A stretch of 64,000 bases of DNA from an uncultured Lachnospiraceae bacterium (GTDB lineage Bacteria > Bacillota > Clostridia > Lachnospirales > Lachnospiraceae), in NCBI GenBank assembly GCA_947385425.1, contig CANDKY010000004.1:10527-74526 (forward strand), given 5' to 3'. The notes under the pieces are model-generated. The model was given only the letters and a program-made list of their open reading frames with translations, did no database searches and had not been told where the DNA came from. Below are positions 27,548 to 35,247 of this stretch, one piece after another. How positions within the stretch are numbered: the first letter of the stretch is position 1; the number at the start of each line of letters is the position of its first letter. Position numbers and translations under genes: made by a program.

Positions 27548-27635
27548 CCGGGTCTAATTCCCCGCAGCTCTGCTGCGCAACAAACTAATGACGAGCGAAG
27601 CGAGTCTCGGGCTGATACCCCGCAGCTCTGCTGCG
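27548..27635. repeat. Two ~29-nt direct repeats with a palindromic core, ~59 nt apart
   Basis: 27548-27577 and 27607-27635 share 'CGGG.T.A..CCCCGCAGCTCTGCTGCG'. The second copy completes the hairpin CCCCGCAG-ctct-CTGCGGGG. Confidence 0.7.
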
Positions 27636-27939
27636 GGGAGTTTCATTATGCGCAATAAAGAGAAAAGCAGTGACGAAGAGAGTAGATATAGGGAAACCTT
27701 ACAGAGAAGATTCTACTGCATATAACAGGGAATATCCGGCTTTCACAGGCAGGGACGGATATAAGGAACTGTATATAAATAACCTATGCCATTTGCTGGT
27801 CTTTTTCTCCGATTGCACCAACCCAAAATCAGTTACATAGCCCGCTATGCGCCCGATTTTGGGTTGGCACACTCAGAGAAAAATCCAGCGCAACTGTCAC
27901 AGGTTATTTACTACAGTTCCTAAGGAACTGTGGCAGGGC

Positions 27940-28241
27940 TGGGAGGAATCGGGCCGAACTATATTGAACATGGCTTCCGAGCAGCGCACCGAGCCGGCGA
28001 GTCCGGTCAGGCTGCGACAGGTTCCGCCTGTTATAGCGGCAGGGTATGAGGCATCCGGCAGATAGTTTGGGATTCCCATAAGCGACGGGCGGGCATAGTG
28101 TCCGGCAGAGGCTATGGGTTATGGGATTGTGCGGAATGCGGTACCTGTTGAGGTCCGTTCCGTGAGGGACGGATAAAGGGAAGTGGTAACACGGCTTTTT
28201 ACGGCCCGTCTTCTTGGAATATGGAGAAGCGGGCTTTTTTT
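27940..28241 (+). promoter_or_regulatory. T-box leader (tRNA-sensing riboswitch) of metG; the 3' half is certain, the Stem I assignment is tentative
   Basis: Antiterminator: GGGAAG(28178-83)-[UGGUAAC bulge 28184-90]-ACGG...CCGU-CUUCUU(28210-15). Competing terminator: GCCCGTCTTCT(28204-14)/AGAAGCGGGC(28225-34) plus T7. Stem III hairpin at 28155-28172. Candidate Stem I closed by GGAATC(27945-50)/GATTCC(28071-76) and AACTAT/ATAGTT. An AUG-A sits at 28046-49 on its 3' side. Confidence 0.7.
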
Positions 28242-28428
28242 AATAATTTTTTTGCGCGATTCCGAAAGGAGGAGCCGGAGTACGGGCTTCGCGGAGCAGC
28301 TTGATTGGCATTAAGGAAATCCCATGCTGCCAAAGCTTTAAGAACGTGGGAAGTAAGGAAAAAAGTGGGAAAAGCAGGAAGAAAAGAAATGGAAAAAGAA
28401 AGGAAGAAAAGAAAGGAAGAAAAGAAAT

Positions 28429-30414
28429 ATGAGTAAAGGAAAATATTATATCACAACGGCGATTGCCTATACTTCGGGAAAGCCCCATATCGGCAACAGT
28501 TATGAAATCGTGCTGGCGGACAGCATTGCCAGGTTTAAGCGCAAGGAGGGGTATGAGGTCTTTTTTCAGACAGGGACGGATGAGCACGGGCAGAAAATTG
28601 AATTGAAAGCACAGGAGGCGGGAATCACGCCGCAGGAATTTGTGGATAATGTGAAGGGTACGATCCAGGGATTGTGGGATTTGATGGACACTTCGTATGA
28701 TAATTTCGTGCGCACTACGGATAAACCTCATGAGAGGCAGGTACAGAAGATTTTTAAGAAGCTTTATGAGCAGGGCGATATTTACAAAGGCGCTTATGAA
28801 GGGTTGTATTGTACACCCTGTGAGTCTTTTTGGACGGAATCCCAGTTGGTGGACGGGAAATGCCCGGACTGCGGCAGGGAGGTAAAGCCGGCGAAAGAAG
28901 AGGCATACTTCTTTAAAATGAGCAAATATGCGGACCGGCTGATTGCGCATATCAATAACCATCCGGAGTTTATACAGCCGGTATCCCGCAAAAATGAAAT
29001 GATGAACAATTTCCTGCTGCCGGGGCTGCAGGACTTATGTGTCTCGAGGACTTCTTTCACCTGGGGCGTTCCGGTGGATTTTGACGAGAAGCATGTAGTG
29101 TATGTATGGCTGGATGCGCTGACAAACTATATTACGGGTATAGGTTATGACTGTGACGGCAGCAGCAGCGAGCAGTACCGGAAGCTGTGGCCGGCGGATC
29201 TGCATTTGATTGGAAAGGATATTATCCGTTTCCATACCATATATTGGCCGATTTTCCTTATGGCATTGGGAGAGCCGCTTCCGAAGCAGGTATTCGGGCA
29301 TCCATGGCTGTTGCAGGGCGACGGCAAAATGAGTAAATCCAAAGGCAATGTGTTATATGCGGATGATTTGGTGGATTTCTTTGGCGTGGATGCCGTGCGC
29401 TACTTTGTACTTCACGAAATGCCTTTTGATAATGACGGTGTGATTTCATGGGAACTAATGGTAGAGAGGCTGAACTCCGATCTCGCAAATACTTTGGGCA
29501 ATCTGGTGAACCGGACAATTTCCATGAGCAATAAATATTTTGGCGGAATTGTATCCAATAAAGGCGTATCGGAAACTGTGGATAAGGATTTGAAAGCGGT
29601 AGTAACAGGCACTTATGATAAAGTATGTGCCAAAATGGAAGAGCTGAGGGTAGCGGATGCCATTACGGAGATTTTTCTTCTGTTTAAACGCTGCAACAAA
29701 TATATTGATGAGACAGAGCCGTGGGTGCTGGCCAAGGATGAGGCAAGGAGAGACAGGCTGGCGACAGTGCTTTATCATTTGGTGGAAAGCATCGTCATCG
29801 GTGCATCGCTGCTGGAGCCATATATGCCTTCCACTGCAAAAAAAATAGCCGGACAGTTGAATACGTCCCTCAGGGAATTTGATCTGCTGAAGGAATTCGG
29901 TCAATATCCGGAAGGCAATAAGGTGACGGATAAGCCGGAAATCCTTTTTGCACGCCTGGATGTAAAGGAAGTATTGGAAAAAGCGGACGCTCTGTTTGCG
30001 GCAAGGGCGGCGGAGGCCGGAAAGGAAAGCCCTGCGGAAGGAAAAGCGGATGAGATACCGGAAGGGGTTATTGATATAGAGGCAAAACCGGAAATTACGT
30101 ATGAAGAATTTGCGAAAATGCAGTTTCAGGTAGGGGAAATCATTGCCTGCGAGGAAGTGCCGAAGTCCAAAAAACTGCTTTGCTCCAAAGTGCGTATCGG
30201 CAGTGAGATAAAACAGATTGTATCGGGGATCAAACAGCATTATACTCCCGAAGAGATGGTAGGGAAGAAGGTTATGGTCCTTGTGAACCTGAAGCCGGCA
30301 AAGCTGGCGGGAGTGGTATCGGAGGGGATGCTTTTGTGCGCGGAGGACGCGGAAGGGGATCTGGCTCTGGTGATACCGGAGAAGCATATGCCGGCAGGGG
30401 CTTTAATCTGCTGA
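28429..30414 (+). CDS. metG: Methionine--tRNA ligase (with C-terminal tRNA-binding/EMAP domain)
   Basis: Carries the 'HIGN' (HIGH) and 'KMSKS' motifs, a zinc knuckle 'CTPCE...CPDCG' and the C-terminal 'VGEIIACEEVPKSKKLL'. Confidence 0.97.
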   Translation: MSKGKYYITTAIAYTSGKPHIGNSYEIVLADSIARFKRKEGYEVFFQTGTDEHGQKIELKAQEAGITPQEFVDNVKGTIQGLWDLMDTSYDNFVRTTDKPHERQVQKIFKKLYEQGDIYKGAYEGLYCTPCESFWTESQLVDGKCPDCGREVKPAKEEAYFFKMSKYADRLIAHINNHPEFIQPVSRKNEMMNNFLLPGLQDLCVSRTSFTWGVPVDFDEKHVVYVWLDALTNYITGIGYDCDGSSSEQYRKLWPADLHLIGKDIIRFHTIYWPIFLMALGEPLPKQVFGHPWLLQGDGKMSKSKGNVLYADDLVDFFGVDAVRYFVLHEMPFDNDGVISWELMVERLNSDLANTLGNLVNRTISMSNKYFGGIVSNKGVSETVDKDLKAVVTGTYDKVCAKMEELRVADAITEIFLLFKRCNKYIDETEPWVLAKDEARRDRLATVLYHLVESIVIGASLLEPYMPSTAKKIAGQLNTSLREFDLLKEFGQYPEGNKVTDKPEILFARLDVKEVLEKADALFAARAAEAGKESPAEGKADEIPEGVIDIEAKPEITYEEFAKMQFQVGEIIACEEVPKSKKLLCSKVRIGSEIKQIVSGIKQHYTPEEMVGKKVMVLVNLKPAKLAGVVSEGMLLCAEDAEGDLALVIPEKHMPAGALIC

Positions 30415-30567
30415 AGCATCATTTGTGATAAGAACCGCAAAAAATGAATAATACCTTTAAGTTTGATGAAATTTCTATGAAAATCAGGAAATGGAATGGA
30501 ATATAGTGTATAATGGTAACAGTCCGGCCAGGGGATTATATGGGTTTGAGAGATGGGAGGGGCGCAT

Positions 30568-31512
30568 ATGATAAGAAAGGAAGAACTGTATTTTGATTCC
30601 AGAAATAACGAGCATAAAATCCATGCGGTAAAATGGATACCGGATGTGGAACAGCCAATATGCATCCTGCAGATTATCCATGGGATGGCGGAATATATTG
30701 AAAGGTATGATGGGTTCGCGCAGGCTATGGCGGAGAAGGGGATTCTGGTAGCGGGCGAGGATCATCTGGGCCATGGGAAATCGGTGGGGGAGAATGGGGT
30801 TTATGGTTATTTCTGTGAAAGGGATGCGGCTACGGTAGTTGTGCGGGATTCCCACAGATTGAAGAAAATGATCCAGGAGCAGTATCCGGGCGTACCGTAT
30901 ATTATTTTGGGCCACAGTATGGGATCCTTTATACTGCGGAACTATCTGTGCCGTTACGGGACAGGGATACAGGCGGCGGTGATTGTGGGGACAGGAATGC
31001 AGCCCAAACCGCTGCTTATGCTGGGCAAGGCTGTTGCGGCTGTCCAAAAGGTGTTTACCGGTTCCGGACATCCAAGCAATTTGCTGAATGTCCTCTCCTT
31101 TGGCAATTATAATAAGAAGATACCGCAGGAGAAGACGCTGATGGACTGGCTGAGCAGGGATGAAAAGATTGTGGACGCCTATATGGAAGACCCTCTTTGC
31201 GGATTTACTTTCACCGTAAATGGTTTCCAGACGCTGATGGAACTGGTAAACAGGCTGTACAGGCGGGAAAACCTGGAAAAGATGCCCAAAGAGCTTCCGG
31301 TGCTGTTTGTATCCGGTGCGGAAGATCCGGTGGGTGATTATGGGAAAGGGGTAAAAAAGGCATATCAGTCTTTCCTGGATGTGGGCATGAAGAAGGCAGA
31401 GATGAAGCTGTATGAGTATGACAGGCATGAATTACTGAATGAAATAGACAGGGAACAGGTATATAAGGATATATATCAATGGGTTTCATCGGTTTTGAAA
31501 GAACTGTCATGA
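30568..31512 (+). CDS. Alpha/beta hydrolase (lysophospholipase / monoacylglycerol-lipase-like)
   Basis: Has the nucleophile elbow 'GHSMGS' and 'HGMAEY'. GGGAGGGG lies upstream of the ATG at 30568. The track ORF begins at 30553. Confidence 0.85.
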   Translation: MIRKEELYFDSRNNEHKIHAVKWIPDVEQPICILQIIHGMAEYIERYDGFAQAMAEKGILVAGEDHLGHGKSVGENGVYGYFCERDAATVVVRDSHRLKKMIQEQYPGVPYIILGHSMGSFILRNYLCRYGTGIQAAVIVGTGMQPKPLLMLGKAVAAVQKVFTGSGHPSNLLNVLSFGNYNKKIPQEKTLMDWLSRDEKIVDAYMEDPLCGFTFTVNGFQTLMELVNRLYRRENLEKMPKELPVLFVSGAEDPVGDYGKGVKKAYQSFLDVGMKKAEMKLYEYDRHELLNEIDREQVYKDIYQWVSSVLKELS

Positions 31513-31587
31513 CGGAACGGTGCCTGGAATTTTTGGAATGCAGGAATGTTCTTTTGCGGATGGTTTTAAGCAGTAGGGAGGGTTATT

Positions 31588-32535
31588 ATGAAAAAATTTA
31601 TGTGGATGGCGGCAGCGCTGTTTGTAATTGCGGGGTTATTCCGGATGGATGCCCGTGCACAGAGTATCTGGAAAGAGGAAGGTAAGGTAGTGGTAGCCCT
31701 GGGGGCGGATCTGACGGAAGAACAGAAAGATATTGTGCTGGGGCTGTTCGGAATCACGAGGGAACAGTTGGCGGATTATGAAGTGATTACTATTACAAAT
31801 GCACAGGAACACCAGTATCTGGATCCCTATCTGGATCCGTCGGTCATCGGGAGCAAATCGCTTTCGAGTGTGATGCTGAAAAAGGGGGAAGCCGGGAGCG
31901 GTGTTTTCGTGACGACGAAAAATATTAATTTTTGTACGACAGGGATGTACCGCAATGCGCTGCTGACAGCAGGTATCCAGGATACGGAGGTTATCGTGGC
32001 GGCGCCCGCCCCCATATCGGGATCTGCGGCGTTGATCGGTGCGGTGAAAGCTTACGAAAAGATGGAAGGCACGTCCATTCCGGACGATTCCTTATCCAAT
32101 GCATTAAACGAGCTGATCACGACAGGCGAACTGGCTGCGGCAGTGAAAACGGCGGATGTAAACATAAGCAGCGCAGAAATCGAACAGCTTATTGCATGGC
32201 TGAAAGAAAAAGTGGCAAAGGGGGAACTGGAGTCGGAGGAAGATATCCGTGCGGCAGTGAAGGAAGGGGAGGAAAAGTTTGGTGTTGTTTTGTCGGAGGA
32301 CGAGGTAAAGATGATCCTCGATCTGATGGGTAAATTGGAAAGTATAGGGCTGAACAGCGAATATCTGCTCAGCCAGGCAGAAAAGTTATACAATAAGTAC
32401 GGGGCGGATATGGTGCAGCACGCGGACGAAGCGATCAGCGAGGCCGTGAGCAGTGCGGTAAATAATGCGGCGGACGGTTTTTTCCAGAACCTGAAAAAGT
32501 CAGTGAAGGATTTTCTGGGCGGTATTTTTGGTTAA
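31588..32535 (+). CDS. Secreted DUF1002-domain protein
   Basis: A signal peptide is followed by 'VVALGADLTEEQKDIVLGLFGIT...ITNAQEHQYL', which is typical of DUF1002. Confidence 0.8.
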   Translation: MKKFMWMAAALFVIAGLFRMDARAQSIWKEEGKVVVALGADLTEEQKDIVLGLFGITREQLADYEVITITNAQEHQYLDPYLDPSVIGSKSLSSVMLKKGEAGSGVFVTTKNINFCTTGMYRNALLTAGIQDTEVIVAAPAPISGSAALIGAVKAYEKMEGTSIPDDSLSNALNELITTGELAAAVKTADVNISSAEIEQLIAWLKEKVAKGELESEEDIRAAVKEGEEKFGVVLSEDEVKMILDLMGKLESIGLNSEYLLSQAEKLYNKYGADMVQHADEAISEAVSSAVNNAADGFFQNLKKSVKDFLGGIFG

Positions 32536-32582
32536 AGGCTTCAGGATGGCGCGGATGTGAATAATTGGCAGAGTTTGTGTAA

Positions 32583-32639
32583 ATGATAAATTTATCATAT
32601 AAATTTACAATGATATATTTATGGTGATAAATTTATCAC
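32583..32639. promoter_or_regulatory. Pair of 16-bp perfect palindromes (operator candidate, Rex-like) in the ldhA promoter region
   Basis: ATGATAAATTTATCAT (32583-98) and GTGATAAATTTATCAC (32624-39) have centres 41 nt apart. The second abuts the RBS of ldhA. Confidence 0.5.
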
Positions 32640-32659
32640 AAAAATGGAGGAGAACAAAT

Positions 32660-33652
32660 ATGAAGATTGCATTTTACGGGACAAAGCCTTATGATAAGAT
32701 ATGGTTTGAACCATTGGCAAAGGATTATGGGTTTGAAATTCGGTTTATAGAACTGCCATGTAACGAGGAAACGGTTTTTCTGGCGAAAGGCTATGACGCC
32801 GTCTGTATTTTTGTGAATGATCACATCAGTGCGGAAATGATTGACCAATTATATGAGATGAAAGTAAAAGCAATCCTGTTGCGGAGCGCCGGGTTCAACC
32901 ATGTGGATGTGAAGGCGGCTGAGGATAAGATTGTCATCCTGCGGGTGCCCAGCTATTCGCCGGAGGCCGTGGCGGAGTTTGCCATGTCATTGCTTTTGAC
33001 AGTAAACCGGCATACGAACCGGGCGTATAACCGTACCAGGGATTTCAATATGAGTCTGAACGGGCTGATGGGGAGTGACCTGAACCGAAAAGTAGCAGGG
33101 GTTATCGGTACAGGGAAAATAGGACAGGCAATGATAAGGATACTGAATGGTTTCCAGATGCAGGTATTGGCGTATGATCCTTATCCGGCCAAGGGCCTGG
33201 AAGCCGAATATGTATCCATTGAGGAACTGATGCGCAGGTCGGATGTAATTTCCCTGCACTGCCCGCTGACCAGTGAGACGCACCATATTGTAAACAGGGA
33301 TACCATAGGGATGATGAAGGAGGGCGTATATCTGATCAATACCTCAAGGGGAGCCCTGATTGACACGGATGCTTTGATAGAAGGGCTGCTCGGGAAGAAA
33401 TTCGGAGGTGTCGGGCTGGATGTGTATGAGGAGGAAGAGGGGATTTTCTATGAAGACCGTTCCGGGGAGATCATTGAGGATGAGAATCTGGCCAGGCTGG
33501 TGACTTTCCCTAATGTGCTTATTACCTCCCATATGGGGTTTTTCACATCGGAGGCGATGCAGGCGATCGCTGTGGAAACATTGGAAAATGCATATGCATT
33601 GGAGAATGGGCTTCCTTTGGTTAACCGTGTGGGTGTGGAAGCAGCCACATAA
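32660..33652 (+). CDS. ldhA: D-lactate dehydrogenase (D-isomer-specific 2-hydroxyacid dehydrogenase)
   Basis: Matches E. coli LdhA closely along its length ('MKIAFYGTKPYDK', 'AVCIFVNDH', 'GVIGTGKIG', 'ISLHCPLT', 'NTSRGALID'). The track ORF begins at 32621. Confidence 0.93.
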   Translation: MKIAFYGTKPYDKIWFEPLAKDYGFEIRFIELPCNEETVFLAKGYDAVCIFVNDHISAEMIDQLYEMKVKAILLRSAGFNHVDVKAAEDKIVILRVPSYSPEAVAEFAMSLLLTVNRHTNRAYNRTRDFNMSLNGLMGSDLNRKVAGVIGTGKIGQAMIRILNGFQMQVLAYDPYPAKGLEAEYVSIEELMRRSDVISLHCPLTSETHHIVNRDTIGMMKEGVYLINTSRGALIDTDALIEGLLGKKFGGVGLDVYEEEEGIFYEDRSGEIIEDENLARLVTFPNVLITSHMGFFTSEAMQAIAVETLENAYALENGLPLVNRVGVEAAT

Positions 33653-33736
33653 GGGATTGGCAGGGAATATGGCGGGTTATTTCAGGTTGGTTCCTTATCA
33701 CAAATTGACAGGGGATTTCCCGGAGGGAAGGGCAGG

Positions 33737-34219
33737 ATGATGAAGGAAAGAAGGTTCCCGTATGAAGTCCGTATGGCTTATGAGAACGAATGGGAGGAAG
33801 CCATGGCGCTGGCATGGCGGACTTTCCTGCAGTTCGAGGCGGACGACTATGAGCCTGAGGGCGTGAAAAGTTTTGAGGATTTTATTACGGACAATACGCT
33901 GCACCGCATGTTTATCATGGGGGCATATCAAATGTTTGTGGCGTTGGACGGCAGGCGTATGGCGGGGATGATATCGGTCCGGTCAAACTCCCATATATCG
34001 CTGCTGTTTGTGGATGCGGAGTATCACAGGAAAGGGATTGGGCGGGCATTGATGAACCAACTGTGCGGGTATCTGAAGAATGAACTTGGGATTAAGCGGG
34101 TGACTGTCAATGCTTCGCCTTATGGCGTTGGATTTTACCATAAGCTGGGATTCCGCGATTTAAAACCGGAACAGCGTTCGGAGGGGATACGGTATACGCC
34201 TATGGAGCTGTTTGTATAG
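33737..34219 (+). CDS. GNAT-family N-acetyltransferase
   Basis: Acetyl-CoA motif 'HRKGIGRALMNQL' and 'ASPYGVGFYHKLGF'. Confidence 0.88.
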   Translation: MMKERRFPYEVRMAYENEWEEAMALAWRTFLQFEADDYEPEGVKSFEDFITDNTLHRMFIMGAYQMFVALDGRRMAGMISVRSNSHISLLFVDAEYHRKGIGRALMNQLCGYLKNELGIKRVTVNASPYGVGFYHKLGFRDLKPEQRSEGIRYTPMELFV

Positions 34220-34318
34220 CCGGTTACATTGCGCCGGAGCGTGTTTGAAAAATGCTTTCCGGCAGATGTAGAAACCAGGAAGATACAGAGAAGGAAAAGG
34301 AAGGGAAGAAACAGGGAA

Positions 34319-35035
34319 ATGGGTAGATTTTTTGATATAGACAGCCCGCTGATGCGTTTTCTGTCGAGGATTGCAGATTTAATGATATTGAATTTTTTGA
34401 TGGTTTTATGCTGCATCCCGATTATAACGGCCGGGGCCGGTTTTACGGGTATGCATTATGTGCTTTTGCATATGGTGCGTGATGAAGAAGGGTACATAGC
34501 GAGGGGATTTTTTAAGTCTTTTAAGGAAAATTTTAAGCAGGCGACGGCTATATGGCTGATTATTCTTGTTTTTACAGCTATTTTTATAGGGGATTGGTTT
34601 ATATTTAATTTTTCCGTCGTGCAGTTTCCGAAGGCTTTGATGGCAGTATTGCTGGCGCTGTTCCTGGTAGTGTGTATGGTAATCTGCTATGTGTTCCCGG
34701 TACTTTCAAGATTTGACAATACGGTTTTCAATACTTTGAAAAATGCATTGTTTATGGCAATATTGAGCCTGCCGAAAACCGTGCTTATGCTGGCTGTCCA
34801 TGCCCTGCCGGCGGTTATTCTGTATTTTATCCCTCAGGCATTTCCGTTTGTTATTTTGTTTGGCTTTTCTGTGCCGGGATATGTATCTGCGATGCTGTAC
34901 AGCGGGACGTTTAAAAGGTTCGAGCCGGAGGAAGAACCGCTGCGGGACAGTTTCAGCATTGATATGACAGGCTTTGAGGCAAAAAAGGATCCGGCGGAGG
35001 AAATACGGGCTGCCGGGGAGAAGGAAGAGGCTTAG
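34319..35035 (+). CDS. YesL-family (DUF624) integral membrane protein
   Basis: 'MGRFFDIDSPLMRFLSRIADLMILNFLMVLCCIPIIT' is typical of DUF624. The track ORF begins at 34229. Confidence 0.8.
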   Translation: MGRFFDIDSPLMRFLSRIADLMILNFLMVLCCIPIITAGAGFTGMHYVLLHMVRDEEGYIARGFFKSFKENFKQATAIWLIILVFTAIFIGDWFIFNFSVVQFPKALMAVLLALFLVVCMVICYVFPVLSRFDNTVFNTLKNALFMAILSLPKTVLMLAVHALPAVILYFIPQAFPFVILFGFSVPGYVSAMLYSGTFKRFEPEEEPLRDSFSIDMTGFEAKKDPAEEIRAAGEKEEA

Positions 35036-35247
35036 TCAATGTGCATAGAAATAGAATAATCTATTGTACATGTTGATACATCGGAGGAAAAATACGAAGT
35101 ATTGCAAGCAAAACCTACAATGTGCCGGAAAATCTTTGTGGAATGTTGGTATGGTAAATAAGTCTCATTTTAGTTATACTATATCCATAGGGAAAAGGAT
35201 TCCGATGGAGATTCGGAAAAGTATATGAATTTAGGAGGCTAATTAAA

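Noticed and set aside
27548-27635. A CRISPR array.
   Set aside because: There are only two repeat units, the intervening segment is about 29 nt, and no cas genes or leader are in the window. It is kept as a low-interest finding and not annotated as CRISPR.
27668-27719. T-box Stem I starting at the GA-motif-like GCAGUGACGAAGAGAGUAG.
   Set aside because: The helix closes on itself after about 50 nt (GUAGA/UCUAC, GCA/UGC), has no AUG specifier, and lies about 460 nt from the antiterminator, which is too far. A better-placed Stem I candidate exists at 27945-28076.
27847-28079. ORFs 27847..28065 (+, 72 aa) and 27897..28079 (-, 60 aa) in the metG upstream region.
   Set aside because: They have no Shine-Dalgarno. 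The composition is driven by GC-rich helices, they overlap the T-box Stem I candidate, and I recognise no protein family.
27781-28122. Possibility that the structured region is SRP RNA, RNase P RNA, tmRNA, or a cobalamin or SAM riboswitch.
   Set aside because: The hallmark motifs are absent. There is no GGAAGCAGC/GUCAGGUCC SRP domain IV core, no GAGGAAAGUCC P4 element, no tRNA-like GGUUCGAnUCC acceptor end, and no B12 box or SAM-I core. 'GUCCGGUCAGG' and 'CCGAGCAGC' only superficially resemble SRP.
28240-28962. The 240-aa minus-strand ORF overlapping the metG start.
   Set aside because: It is an antisense shadow of metG plus the polypyrimidine complement of the purine tract (an FLFPFLFFLL-type sequence). 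It has no independent support.
26141-31428. Long antisense ORFs 26141..27298 (385 aa), 29455..30387 (310 aa) and 30484..31428 (314 aa).
   Set aside because: Each lies fully inside a strongly supported + strand gene (AAA/PDDEXK, metG, hydrolase) and shows no recognisable motifs.
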